64,000 nucleotides of DNA from an uncultured Spirochaetota bacterium (GCA_963734545.1 CAVTHO010000008.1:64001-128000), one strand, 5' to 3'; shown: positions 42,217-52,201, counted from the stretch's first letter. The notes: generated by a model from the sequence alone, not told the origin. Translations and numbers: made by a program.

Positions 42217-43371
42217 TCAGTACCGGAAGAGTGCGGCACACCCTGAACCGCCCGGGACTTCCCCCGGGCTCACCACGAAGACGGTCCCCCCATTCTTCAG
42301 AGTGTGCACGGCGGCCAGGTCCAGGAGGTCCTCTCCCTCCTCTTCATTGGTACCGGTGAGGGTGACCAGGCCCGTCGAGCGGTCAAAGCGTCCCCACTCG
42401 CTGCGGCCGTCCGCAAGGAACAGCGTCTCCACTCTCTTGTAGACTGCAGCGGGGACGATCTCCTGGATGGCAGGTGAAGCCTTGCCCGTCGCCGAGAGCA
42501 TACGGAATGACTCCGCTTTCTGCGCCTCGATTGCCTTGAAAGATGGCTCCACCACTTTCCATGCCGCCGCGTGCAGCTCCTGCGCGCTCAATTCCTCCGC
42601 GTTCGCATCCACCCATTTATCCATGAGGGCGGAAAGAGAGCTGACTCCCCGGTAGATCGGACAGAGATACTCCAGACCGATCGACACGAGTGGCGCCCGT
42701 TCCTCGCGCAGGAACCGGCTCACCGCTCTGTCGACCCGCCGATAATACCGTGCGATTTCCTCCTTCTCCCGCTCCTTCCCTTCCCCCTGTCCGTGGAATA
42801 CCCCCGGATAGGGCCCTCCCGCAGGGCGTGTCCCTGCGATGGTATGCAGTTGGAGCCGCCCATGGGTTCGCCCACGGCCGGGCGCCATGTCCGCGGCGGC
42901 CGGCAGCCGCGGCAGGGCCTCGATGACGCTGTAACGGGTCCCGAGGTAGAGCCGCGCGCTTCCGCTGCCGAGCGCCAGCGCATAGAACCTCCCGTTGCCG
43001 CTGAAGAGGGAGAACAGGGGCTTCAAGTGGAGACGCCTTCCAAGCACGACGTTCTCCTCAAATGTGACAGGCACGCAAAAGCTGAAATATCTGCGGGGAG
43101 TACGAAACAGCGCCAGTCCCCCCATCTGATGCTCCCAGAATTGCTTGTCTGTCTGGAGGCGTGCCAGAGGGGAAAGCAGGTCGGCCACTTCACGGTCCTT
43201 GAATCTCCGCCCGTGCAGCAGCTCCGTCGCCCTTGCAAGCATGTTCTTGAAGCGGATCGAGTTCTGCTGGACTTCCGGACCGGAGCGGAAGGCAGGCAGA
43301 TAGAGAGAAAGGCATACGGTGTCCTGTATCCGGGAGAGTGCCTCGACGTCGCGATTGGAAATCACCTCCAT
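42217..43371 (-). CDS. Bacterial archaeo-eukaryotic release factor-like protein (baeRF3/7, Balon-like)
   Basis: CLSLYLP, IRFKN, GLALF, HLKPL, RVETLF, C-terminal TLKNGGTVFVV..AALFRY. Confidence 0.8.
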   Translation of the reverse strand: MEVISNRDVEALSRIQDTVCLSLYLPAFRSGPEVQQNSIRFKNMLARATELLHGRRFKDREVADLLSPLARLQTDKQFWEHQMGGLALFRTPRRYFSFCVPVTFEENVVLGRRLHLKPLFSLFSGNGRFYALALGSGSARLYLGTRYSVIEALPRLPAAADMAPGRGRTHGRLQLHTIAGTRPAGGPYPGVFHGQGEGKEREKEEIARYYRRVDRAVSRFLREERAPLVSIGLEYLCPIYRGVSSLSALMDKWVDANAEELSAQELHAAAWKVVEPSFKAIEAQKAESFRMLSATGKASPAIQEIVPAAVYKRVETLFLADGRSEWGRFDRSTGLVTLTGTNEEEGEDLLDLAAVHTLKNGGTVFVVSPGEVPGGSGCAALFRY

Positions 43372-43565
43372 GCCCGCCTCCTTCGTGAGAAAGTCACGGG
43401 CCGGGGATTGGTCCCCCGCCCCGTGACAGGGTGAGGCTGACTCGGCGCCCCGGGTATCCCAAATCACCTCGATTTCCTGTCGAATTTTTTCTACATCGGT
43501 GGATGAAAGTAGGTATGGCTTCTCACCATCATAGAACGTACCTTGTCCATGGAGGAAAGACGGAA

Positions 43566-43935
43566 ATGCGAAAGCCACGCCATTTCCTCGCGTCGGCGAT
43601 CTCCCGGCTGCCAGGCGTGAGGACAATTGCCTTGATCGGCAAAAGCGGCACAGGAAAAAGCTTTCGCGCGCGGATCATAGCTGAAAAATAGGGAATAGAA
43701 CTGATTGTCGACGACGGCCTTCTCATCATGGGCGGCAGCAACGAGGGACGAGCTGATGACTGCGTTACGACATCGACGCAGGCATCGGCACGCCATACCC
43801 ATGCCGGCGGTTCATATCAGGCTTCCGTTTCTCTCCTCGATCCTGGAGAAATTCTCGGGACTGTTGTTCGATGAGATCATGCTCACGGTCGAAAACATAG
43901 GCCCCGCCGGAGGGCCTGAGCTCGACCGAGGCTGA
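43566..43935 (+). pseudogene. Relic P-loop ATP-binding protein (in-frame TAG and internal deletion)
   Basis: ALIGKSGTGKSFRARIIAEK*GIELIVDDGLLI, then jumps to a C-terminal-like ILEKFSGLLFDEI segment. Confidence 0.65.
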
Positions 43936-43937
43936 CC

Positions 43938-45245
43938 ATGGCGGCACACATGGATTCCCTTGCTTCGAGGGGACCAAGACGCTATCATTCCCGAACTCGT
44001 TCGCAAGGAGCCGACGTCAGGATGCGATTTTCGCTGCCCACATTCACGCGCGCCATCATCTCCTCGGCCGGCAGGCTCTTCCAACCGCGGCCCAGGACGG
44101 GATCCGCAAAAGCATCGCGGGCGGAGACTGGTCCATACGTGAGTCGAATCGTGTCCGACGCGATGCTTCTGAACGAAATTCCGTCTCCGACGGAACACGA
44201 AGCGGCGCGGACCGAGTACATCCTCCAGAGACTAGGCGAGTTCGGCTATCCGAATTGCTCGCTTGACGAGTTCGGCAACGTCACTGCCATCGTCCCCGCG
44301 CGCGAAAACATCGATGAGCACGTCCTCCTGTTCGCGGACATCCGGTGTGAAGACTACTCACCCATTGACAGCATGACCCGCCTGGAGCCCGACCGCGTAG
44401 TCGGACAAGGCATCGCGGAAAGCGCCATCGGCGCCGCCGGACTCATGGTGCTTGCCGAGTATCTTGCTCGAAACGAAATTCAGTACAATCGGCCCGTGAT
44501 TTTCCTGTTCACTTCCTTCGACCCGGGAGAGCGCGAAACGCAGCCCCTCGAGCTCTTCATGCAGAGTTGGAAGGAGCGTGTCCGTTTTGCGGGTCACGTC
44601 CGGGGTCTGGACCTCGGACGCATTGAGGACAGCCCGCTGGGTACGTGCAAGCTGTCCATCGAGATCCGCACAGAGCAGCGGGAGGTATTCGGAGCGGAAC
44701 GCGCGATATCCGCCATCAGGGTGATCTCAACTATTGCGAGCAGGCTCGGAAGCATCCACTGGGACAGCGCGAACGACACGTTCCTCAACATTGCACGCGT
44801 CGAGGCGGGAGTTGGTTTTGGGTGGCACGCTTCGGAAGGCGTCCTGGAGCTGGAAGTGTTCTCACCGAGCGCCGGCGCGCTGGACATGGCAAGGAAGGCG
44901 GTGGAGGCGACGATCCGCGGCGGCGCGGAAGAATTGGGCGCTTCCGTGGACATCGCTGTCAAGGCCTTCCTCCCTGCCGGCAACCCGCAGATCAACGCGG
45001 AGCTGAACACGATCGTGAGGGGCGTGCACGAGCGGCTCCGCGTCAAATCCGTTCCCGTCTCTCTGCCAGGGTACGCCTCATTCCTCAACTCCCTCGGCAT
45101 CCCCGCGGTGACGCTCGGTATGACCACCGGCAGGAAGACACTAGCGGAGGAATACATCGAGATCCGACCCCTGGAGACGGGGTTTCGTCAGCTGCTGGCA
45201 TTCCTGGACGACTGCGCCGGATGGACCGAGGACGCGCATCGGTGA
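43938..45245 (+). CDS. M20/M28 peptidase-fold protein
   Basis: EIPSPTEHE, DEFGNV, IFLFTS, GIPAVTLG, EEYIEI. Confidence 0.7.
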   Translation: MAAHMDSLASRGPRRYHSRTRSQGADVRMRFSLPTFTRAIISSAGRLFQPRPRTGSAKASRAETGPYVSRIVSDAMLLNEIPSPTEHEAARTEYILQRLGEFGYPNCSLDEFGNVTAIVPARENIDEHVLLFADIRCEDYSPIDSMTRLEPDRVVGQGIAESAIGAAGLMVLAEYLARNEIQYNRPVIFLFTSFDPGERETQPLELFMQSWKERVRFAGHVRGLDLGRIEDSPLGTCKLSIEIRTEQREVFGAERAISAIRVISTIASRLGSIHWDSANDTFLNIARVEAGVGFGWHASEGVLELEVFSPSAGALDMARKAVEATIRGGAEELGASVDIAVKAFLPAGNPQINAELNTIVRGVHERLRVKSVPVSLPGYASFLNSLGIPAVTLGMTTGRKTLAEEYIEIRPLETGFRQLLAFLDDCAGWTEDAHR

Positions 45246-46222
45246 AAGGAGAGAGTGCCATCCTGCGTGCCACGTTCCATCACGAGGACTTCAAGGACAA
45301 GGCGGAGCTCGTGAGGCAGAAATTGAGCCAGGGTCTGAAGATCTCTCTCGCGTTCCCCACTCTGAACGAAGAGGCGACCATCGGCAAGGAGGTCCTGGTA
45401 TTCAAGACCGAGCTGATGGACCGATTCCCGCTCCTGGACGAGATCGTCGTTATTGATTCGGGCTCCTCGGACGGAACGCGCGATGCGGCGACGTCCAACG
45501 GGGCACGGGTGTTCTCCTCGCGCGACATCCTGAAGAGTCACGGCACGTTCCGCGGCAAGGGGGAGAACCTCTGGAAAAGCCTGTACGTCCTCGAAGGCGA
45601 CATCATTGTCTGGATCGACGCGGACATCAGCAACATTTCTCCCAAGTTCGTCTACGGTCTGCTGGGTCCCCTTCTGCGGGATCCGCGCATCAGCTATGTG
45701 AAAGCATTCTACGAGCGGCCTTTCCGCTCCTCGGGCGAGCTTCTTCCCGTGGGGGGAGGCCGGGTCACTGAAATCCTCGTGCGCCCGCTTTTCTCCCTCT
45801 TCTATCCTGAACTGGCGGGCCTCGTTCAGCCCCTCAGCGGAGAGTACGCCGGCCGCAGGTCCCTGCTGGAGCAGCTGCCCTTTTCCGTAGGATACGGAGT
45901 GGAGCTGGGTCATCTTCTCGATATCTACCATGGCGCGGGGATCCAGGCCATCGCCCAGGTCAACATGGATCGGCGGGTCCATCGAAACCAATCGCTGCAG
46001 TCCCTCGGGAAGATGTCGTTCGGGATCCTTCAGACCTTCCTCGGCAGGCTCGGAAAGTACGGGGATGGGCGGCTGCCGGTGGACATCGGCAGTCGCTACC
46101 TCTCCGTGTCATTCACCGACGCGCAGCCGCGTATGGATCAGGTCGAAGTTTCCTCCGAGGAGAGGCCGCCGATGATTGAAGTGGATGAATACAGGAAGAA
46201 GTTCCATCCCGCTCCTTCATAG
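45242..46222 (+). CDS. gpgS: Glucosyl-3-phosphoglycerate synthase
   Basis: PTLNEEATIG, DSGSSD, GKGENLWKS, WIDAD, GGRVTE, QPLSGEYAGRR, GYGVE, HRNQ. Confidence 0.9.
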   Translation: MKGESAILRATFHHEDFKDKAELVRQKLSQGLKISLAFPTLNEEATIGKEVLVFKTELMDRFPLLDEIVVIDSGSSDGTRDAATSNGARVFSSRDILKSHGTFRGKGENLWKSLYVLEGDIIVWIDADISNISPKFVYGLLGPLLRDPRISYVKAFYERPFRSSGELLPVGGGRVTEILVRPLFSLFYPELAGLVQPLSGEYAGRRSLLEQLPFSVGYGVELGHLLDIYHGAGIQAIAQVNMDRRVHRNQSLQSLGKMSFGILQTFLGRLGKYGDGRLPVDIGSRYLSVSFTDAQPRMDQVEVSSEERPPMIEVDEYRKKFHPAPS

Positions 46223-46453
46223 GTAGTATAAATTCGACAGAAGAATCGTTGAATTGCTGACTCCTCGTCGCATCCGGCAGCGGCTATTCTTTCCTCAACT
46301 GTACAGCGAAGCAAGGCCCGCAGAAAGCACGTTCCGGGTCGAAGGATTGTCCTTGCCCAAGAGTGAATGAGCGACTTCATCCGCCAATCCCATTGTCTTT
46401 GGCTGCACCGCAGCCGAGGATCGCGCTATTCCACCCAGAAAGGAGCTCTGCGA

Positions 46454-48016
46454 ATGTGTGGTGTTGTGGCAATGCAGGGCCAGACCGACAAGCAACAGGT
46501 ACATGAAATGATGGCCCGGATCAAGCACCGGGGGCCAGACGGAGAGGGTCTCCTGGAGATCGGCCAGTCCCTGTTGGGACATGTGCGGCTGGCAATCCTG
46601 GATCTATCAGGCGGCGCGCAACCGATGACCAACGAGACCGGCGACCTGGCTGTCTCGTTCAATGGTGAGATATACAACCACCTCGATCTCCGCCGTGGTC
46701 TGCAAGATCGACATGTTTTCCGCACCCGTTCCGACACCGAGGTTCTCCTTCATCTCTACGAGGACGTCGGTGAGGACATGCTGGATCGCCTTGACGGCAT
46801 GTTTGCCATTGCCGTGGCGGGGAGGCATGGCCTTCTCCTGGCGAGAGACCCTCTTGGAATCAAGCCCCTGTACATCGGAAGGAGAGCCGGCTCATTCTAC
46901 GCCGCAAGCGAACTGAAGGCCTTCCCAGCGGTAGACACCATCGAGATGCTGCCGGCAGGTCATGCCGTCCTGGCAGGCGGCACGCCTTGGCGATTTGCCC
47001 GTCCGTTTCCTCCCCAGACGTTTCTGAGGTCCCCGACTCTGGAAGAGATACTCGCCGAAATCCGTCTTCGACTGGAGAAAGCCGTCCAGAAGCGTCTCAT
47101 GAGCGACGTGCCTGTAGGGGTCTACCTTTCCGGCGGACTCGATAGCAGCCTCGTAGCGGCATTGATGCGGCCGCACACGGTCACGTTGCATTCGTTCACC
47201 GCCGGCATGGCGGGTGCTCCCGACCTCGACGCCGCGCGGCAGGTCGCGCACTACTTGCACACGGAACATCATGAGTTGGTGTACGCCTCCGAGGACGTGC
47301 GTCGAGTGCTTCCAGAAGTGATTCGGCAAATGGAATCGTTTGATGCGCCGCTGGTGCGGTCGGCTGTCCCGATGTACTTCATCTCCAAGTTGGCCGCCGA
47401 GCACGTCAAAGTCGTGCTTTCCGGCGAAGGCGCGGATGAGCTTTTCGCGGGCTACAGCTACCTCTCCCGCATCGGGGGCCGGGCCAGACTGAAGAAAGAG
47501 CTGGCAGACATCACGCTTCGACTCCAGGACACGAATCTCCAGCGCGCCGACCGCATGAGCATGGCACACGGTCTGGAAGCCCGGGTGCCCTTCCTCGACA
47601 TGAACTTGGTTCGCTACACGAGCCGTCTCCCTGCCGAATGGATCGAACCCCGGCCGGACCGTCCGGAGAAATGGATACTGCGCGAGGCCTGCAAGGGCCT
47701 CCTGCCGGATGAGATCATCAATCGCAGGAAGATGAAGTTTTCGGAGGGCGCGGGATCATCCGAGGTGGTGGCAGAAATCGCCCGCGGCTCAATCGGAACC
47801 AAGCAGTTTGAACGCGAGAAGCAGATTGCCAAGGACATTGTGTTGAGATCGCCGGAGGAATTGTACTACTACCGCATCTGGAGGGATGTCATGGCAGCGC
47901 ACATAACGCCGAGCATGGTGGGGCGAACGTTGGACAGGTCCGCGGCGGCAGGTGAAGCCGCCCTCGACAATACCGATGAGGACATGAAGGAGCACAGACG
48001 GCGATGGCAGGACTGA
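46454..48016 (+). CDS. Asparagine synthase-like glutamine amidotransferase
   Basis: N-terminal MCG, HRGPD, NGEIYN, SDTEV, LSGGLDSS, SGEGADE, EARVPFLD. Confidence 0.9.
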   Translation: MCGVVAMQGQTDKQQVHEMMARIKHRGPDGEGLLEIGQSLLGHVRLAILDLSGGAQPMTNETGDLAVSFNGEIYNHLDLRRGLQDRHVFRTRSDTEVLLHLYEDVGEDMLDRLDGMFAIAVAGRHGLLLARDPLGIKPLYIGRRAGSFYAASELKAFPAVDTIEMLPAGHAVLAGGTPWRFARPFPPQTFLRSPTLEEILAEIRLRLEKAVQKRLMSDVPVGVYLSGGLDSSLVAALMRPHTVTLHSFTAGMAGAPDLDAARQVAHYLHTEHHELVYASEDVRRVLPEVIRQMESFDAPLVRSAVPMYFISKLAAEHVKVVLSGEGADELFAGYSYLSRIGGRARLKKELADITLRLQDTNLQRADRMSMAHGLEARVPFLDMNLVRYTSRLPAEWIEPRPDRPEKWILREACKGLLPDEIINRRKMKFSEGAGSSEVVAEIARGSIGTKQFEREKQIAKDIVLRSPEELYYYRIWRDVMAAHITPSMVGRTLDRSAAAGEAALDNTDEDMKEHRRRWQD

Positions 48017-49002
48017 GGATCGGCTTGCTGCAAAAAAAACGCGGAAACTACGCGCTCCAGGAGAAATATGCCGGTCAAAGCGGGGTCGTCGACAACACAA
48101 CGGCCGAGGTTGAACATCACAGACAAGCGCTGACCGACGCCGGCTATCGGCCTCACATCATCCATTGGGGACCCGATTTCGCCCGCGAGATTCGGGGTGT
48201 ACCGGTTGACCTTGTCTTCAATGTTTCCAGCCTCGTCGAGGCCGCGATGCTTGAGGAAATGGAAATTCCTTACGTCGGATCCGACACCCCCGCAATCGCC
48301 GTTACGTTGAATAAGTCGCTGGCAAAAAGGCTCTGGCAGAAAGAAGGGATACCGACGTCACCTTTTCGCGTGGCCGGGTCGGCAAAGGACTGTGAGATTT
48401 TTCGGAAGAATCCGCCATTCGAATATCCGCTTTTTATCAAACCAACGGCCGGCCGAGGAAGCGCGGGAATCGACCCAACATCGATCGTCCATGATTACGA
48501 TCAGTTGGTCAGCGGAGTCGTACGACGACTGGAAGCCATCAAGCAGCCGGTTCTCATAGAAAAACTGCTGGTGGGAAAAGAAGTCACCCTGGGGGTTGTT
48601 GGAAATCTTGAGGCGCGGGTCCTGCCCCCGCTCGAGATTGCATATCGAAAAGGAGATGTCACGCTGACTTTTGAAAAAAAAGAATTGGACGACGATTCAT
48701 TTTTCTGTCCCGCGCGATTGACCTCTGAAGAGTGGCGTTTGATGCAGACCCTGACGCTTCAAGCCTATCACGCTTTGGGCATGAAGGACTTCGGCAGAAT
48801 AGATACGATATTGACCAACGAAGGGCCTTTCCTGCTGGAGGGCAATGCCTTCGCAGGATTGATGTGCACGCCAAAAGAGAAGCCTCGCAGTTACATGGGC
48901 TTTATGGCTCGTGCGGACGGGATGGACAGAAAGGATCTGCTCCATGAGATCATCCAGGGTGCCGTCAGGAGATTGAGCGCAGCCTCCAGGGGTGCGGTTT
49001 AG
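48004..49002 (+). CDS. D-Ala-D-Ala ligase-like ATP-grasp ligase
   Basis: IPYVGS, LNKSLAK, YPLFIKP..GSAGI, LIEK, GRID, LLEGN. Confidence 0.8.
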   Translation: MAGLRIGLLQKKRGNYALQEKYAGQSGVVDNTTAEVEHHRQALTDAGYRPHIIHWGPDFAREIRGVPVDLVFNVSSLVEAAMLEEMEIPYVGSDTPAIAVTLNKSLAKRLWQKEGIPTSPFRVAGSAKDCEIFRKNPPFEYPLFIKPTAGRGSAGIDPTSIVHDYDQLVSGVVRRLEAIKQPVLIEKLLVGKEVTLGVVGNLEARVLPPLEIAYRKGDVTLTFEKKELDDDSFFCPARLTSEEWRLMQTLTLQAYHALGMKDFGRIDTILTNEGPFLLEGNAFAGLMCTPKEKPRSYMGFMARADGMDRKDLLHEIIQGAVRRLSAASRGAV

Positions 49003-49119
49003 CATGGGCTATTGCGCGAAGGCTCCTTGCGCTCGCCAGGGAATTACGCACATGATGTGGCAACGGAGCGCAGAGACCCGGAAGGAACCAGGGGAGTCAG
49101 GCAGAAGGAGGGGCGGGAA

Positions 49120-51024
49120 ATGGAAGGGAGCACGAGCCCTTCGGACCGGTTCGGCCTCATCAAGCCCAGCGTGGATGCGCACGTGCTGGGAGTCACCTCG
49201 ATCGGAGAATTGCTCGTCGAATGCGGCAAAGAGGTGGCCTATGCCCCCGCGGAGGTGTGCCGCGCCTGTGACAGGCCCGAAGGGGAACGCGAGTCCGCCG
49301 CAATCGAAACATGGATTCGCGGCGAGCGGATCACGCAGCTCGGGTTCTCCTACCGCCTGAGCCCGGAAGACGGCGTGGAGCTTCTTGCGCGCCTCACGCG
49401 CCAGCTCGAGCGCCGCTCGTTGTTTGCAGACCAGGGAGGGATGGTGCGCGCGCTCTATTTCGCCGGCCTCCCCGCCGCATGCCGGCTGGCCAAGGAGCGG
49501 GTGCCCCGGATCGCGGCGGTCTTCGACGGGGAGGAAACTCCCCAGGAAACCCTTGCACGGCTCGGCATGCGGCGCGCCGCCCTGCCCGAAGAGTCGGCGC
49601 GCGCGCTGGCGTATGACAGTGACAGGCTCGCGTTCGGTGAAGAGATAGTCCGCAGGGCGGACTACCTCGCACTGCCTCCGCTCGACCGGAGCGGCTACCC
49701 GGGATTCGGAAAGGCAGAAGACAGCGTCCGTGCACGGCTCGGCCACGCCGCGCTGGCGGGGGCGCTCCCCCTGTATCGTGCCCACATGGGAGAGTACCTG
49801 CCGGACCGGGAAGAAGCGGTCAGACGCTTCCTCCAGTGGACCCGGGAGATGGCCGCCCGGGGTCACCTCGATGTCCTCTCCATCGGGAGCTCGCAGCTCT
49901 CCCAGTCCAGGTTCGGAGAGGACTGGGGTGACAGCACCAACGGCGGCGGGGTGCCGCTGAGCTCTCCCGAGGAGTTTGCCGCCGCATGGGCCGCGGCGCG
50001 CCCCATGCTCGTCCGCTCGTATGCCGGCACCAGGAACCTGGCGGCAATGGCGCGGATGAACGAGGAGACGATCCACAACGCGTGGCATGCCCTGTCGATC
50101 TGGTGGTTCTGCAAAACGGACAACCGTGGTCCCTATCCGCTGCGGGAAAACCTCGACCAGATGCTCGCCGCCCTTCGCTATATCGCGTCGGTCGGCACAC
50201 CCTTTGAGCCGAATGTTCCCCACCACTTCGCCTTCCGCGGCGCCGATGACGCGACGTATGTCATTTCGGGCTACGTCGCTGCCCGGGCCGCGAAGGCGGC
50301 GGGCGTCCGCTGCCTGATCGCGCAGAACATGTTGAACACGCCGAAGTACACCTGGGGCGTGCAGGACCTGGCAAAGTCCCGGGCGCTCCTGCGCCTTCTC
50401 CGCGGTCTGGAAGACAACACCTTCACCGTTGTCCTGGAAACCCGGGCCGGCCTCGACTACCTTTCCGCGGACCCCTTCAGGGCAAAGTCCCAGCTTGCCG
50501 CGGTCTCGGCCCTCATGGACGACATCGAGCCGCGCAATGACGGCAGTCCGCAGATCGTGCACGTGGTGAGCTGGACCGAGGCAACTCGATTTGCCGATCC
50601 TTCCGTGATTGCCGAAAGCGTTCAGATTTCCAGGCAGGCTCTGGCCGAGTACCGCAGACTGCGGAGGAAGGGACTCATCGACGACATGACGGAAAGCCGC
50701 GAAGCGAATGCCCGCACCGAGGAGCTCGTGGTGGAATGCCGTGCCGTCATTCAGGCAATCGAGAGGTCGATCCCTGATGCATGGACCGCGGCCTCTGCGT
50801 TGTACCGCATGTTTGCCGCCGGCTTCCTCCCGGTCCCGTACCTCTGGGAGTGCAGGGAGGAGCTCACCGGGGCAGTGGACTGGCGCACACGCCTCATCAA
50901 GGGCTCGGTGCGTCTTGTGGATGAGAGGGGAATCCCTTTGACGGCGGCACAGCGTATTGAAAAAGCCCTTCACAACCTGCGGACCCTTCCCCGGTCGAGT
51001 GCCCTCCATGCCGCGGAACAATGA
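49120..51024 (+). CDS. Cobalamin-binding mutase-like protein (B12 domain plus a large catalytic domain)
   Basis: VDAHVLG (DxHxxG) at the N-terminus; long C-terminal domain with NGGGVP; GAAGGAGG RBS. Confidence 0.7.
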   Translation: MEGSTSPSDRFGLIKPSVDAHVLGVTSIGELLVECGKEVAYAPAEVCRACDRPEGERESAAIETWIRGERITQLGFSYRLSPEDGVELLARLTRQLERRSLFADQGGMVRALYFAGLPAACRLAKERVPRIAAVFDGEETPQETLARLGMRRAALPEESARALAYDSDRLAFGEEIVRRADYLALPPLDRSGYPGFGKAEDSVRARLGHAALAGALPLYRAHMGEYLPDREEAVRRFLQWTREMAARGHLDVLSIGSSQLSQSRFGEDWGDSTNGGGVPLSSPEEFAAAWAAARPMLVRSYAGTRNLAAMARMNEETIHNAWHALSIWWFCKTDNRGPYPLRENLDQMLAALRYIASVGTPFEPNVPHHFAFRGADDATYVISGYVAARAAKAAGVRCLIAQNMLNTPKYTWGVQDLAKSRALLRLLRGLEDNTFTVVLETRAGLDYLSADPFRAKSQLAAVSALMDDIEPRNDGSPQIVHVVSWTEATRFADPSVIAESVQISRQALAEYRRLRRKGLIDDMTESREANARTEELVVECRAVIQAIERSIPDAWTAASALYRMFAAGFLPVPYLWECREELTGAVDWRTRLIKGSVRLVDERGIPLTAAQRIEKALHNLRTLPRSSALHAAEQ

Positions 51025-52201
51025 GCGCCGGGCCCGGCGCGGTGCGGATGCGCGCCTGATTGTCCGGCTTCGGCAGGTGCGCGCAAAAGGTACGGCCGCC
51101 TCCTATTGCGTGATCGGGGCGGGCCACGGCGGGCTCGCCATGGCCGGACACCTCGGCATCCTCGGTTATCCGGTGAACCTCTACAACCGGACGGACGAGA
51201 AACTGGACGGCGTACGCTGGCACGGCGGGATCAAGGTCGGCGGGGCGGTCACCGGCTTCGGCCCGGTCAGGATTGCCACATCCAACATGCGCGAGGCGAT
51301 AGAGGGCGTGGACGTGGTGATGGTTGTCACCCCCTCCACGGCGCACCGCAGCCTCGCCTCCATCATGGCCCCGCTCCTCAGCGACGGGCAGCTCGTCGTG
51401 CTGAACCCGGGCAGGACAGGCGGGGCGCTGGAGCTCCGCAAGGTGTTCCAGGACGCGGGCATGAGCGCCGCGGCCCTCGTGGCGGAGACCCAGACGTTCC
51501 TCTACGCCTCCCGCGCTCTCTCCCGATGGGAGGCCCACATCTTTCGGATCAAGAACGCGGTCCCGTTCGCGACCCTGCCCTCGTTCTGGATACCCGAGGC
51601 GCTCGGGATCCTGAACGGCCCGTTTCCGCAGTTCGTGGCGGGCAGCAATGTCCTGGCGACCAGCCTGGAGAATATCGGCGCGGTCTTTCACCCCGCACTG
51701 ACCATCATGAATGCGAGCTGGATCGAGGCAACGCACGGCGATTTCGACTACTACCTCCAGGGCATCACGCCGTCTGTGGCGAAGATCCTGGAACGAATCG
51801 ACGCGGAGCGCCTTGCGGTGGCTTCCGCGGTGGGCGTCCGCAGCGTCTCGGCCCGGGAATGGCTGTACCTCAGCTACGACTCCCCCGGCAAGGACCTCTA
51901 CGAGGCAATCATGAACACGGGAAGCTACAGGGGCATCAAGGCGCCGCCGAGCATCGATCACCGCTACATCTCGGAGGACGTCCCCATGAGCCTTGTACCC
52001 CTCTCGTCCCTGGGCGCGACGCTCGGCGTGCCCACCCCGGCAATCGACATGATCATTCAGCTCGGTTCGATTCTCCATTCGACCGACTACCGGGCCATCG
52101 GTCGGACCGTGGAAAGCCTCGGGCTCGCCGGCCTCTCGGTCAAGCAGGTACGGCAAATGGTGGCAGGCGCGGGTCGTTCGCGCCTTCAGAAGGGAGCGTG
52201 A
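51008..52201 (+). CDS. NAD/NADP opine (octopine/nopaline family) dehydrogenase
   Basis: IGAGHGG, LNPGRTGG, AETQT, ENIGAVFHP, RYISEDVP, GRTVESLGL. Confidence 0.88.
   Translation: MPRNNERRARRGADARLIVRLRQVRAKGTAASYCVIGAGHGGLAMAGHLGILGYPVNLYNRTDEKLDGVRWHGGIKVGGAVTGFGPVRIATSNMREAIEGVDVVMVVTPSTAHRSLASIMAPLLSDGQLVVLNPGRTGGALELRKVFQDAGMSAAALVAETQTFLYASRALSRWEAHIFRIKNAVPFATLPSFWIPEALGILNGPFPQFVAGSNVLATSLENIGAVFHPALTIMNASWIEATHGDFDYYLQGITPSVAKILERIDAERLAVASAVGVRSVSAREWLYLSYDSPGKDLYEAIMNTGSYRGIKAPPSIDHRYISEDVPMSLVPLSSLGATLGVPTPAIDMIIQLGSILHSTDYRAIGRTVESLGLAGLSVKQVRQMVAGAGRSRLQKGA

Noticed and set aside
43689-43691. In-frame TAG as pyrrolysine or recoding
   Set aside because: The gene also has a large internal deletion, no pyl genes are in the window, and other genes here use TAG as a normal stop
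46223-46453. Cobalamin or other riboswitch upstream of the asnB-like cluster
   Set aside because: No B12-box or other recognisable aptamer motif by eye; an Rfam scan would be needed
49009-51021. Long antisense or alternative-frame ORFs (also 750-1958, 6705-8435, 28401-29915, 35659-36954)
   Set aside because: Typical shadow ORFs of high-GC genes, with no motifs and biased composition
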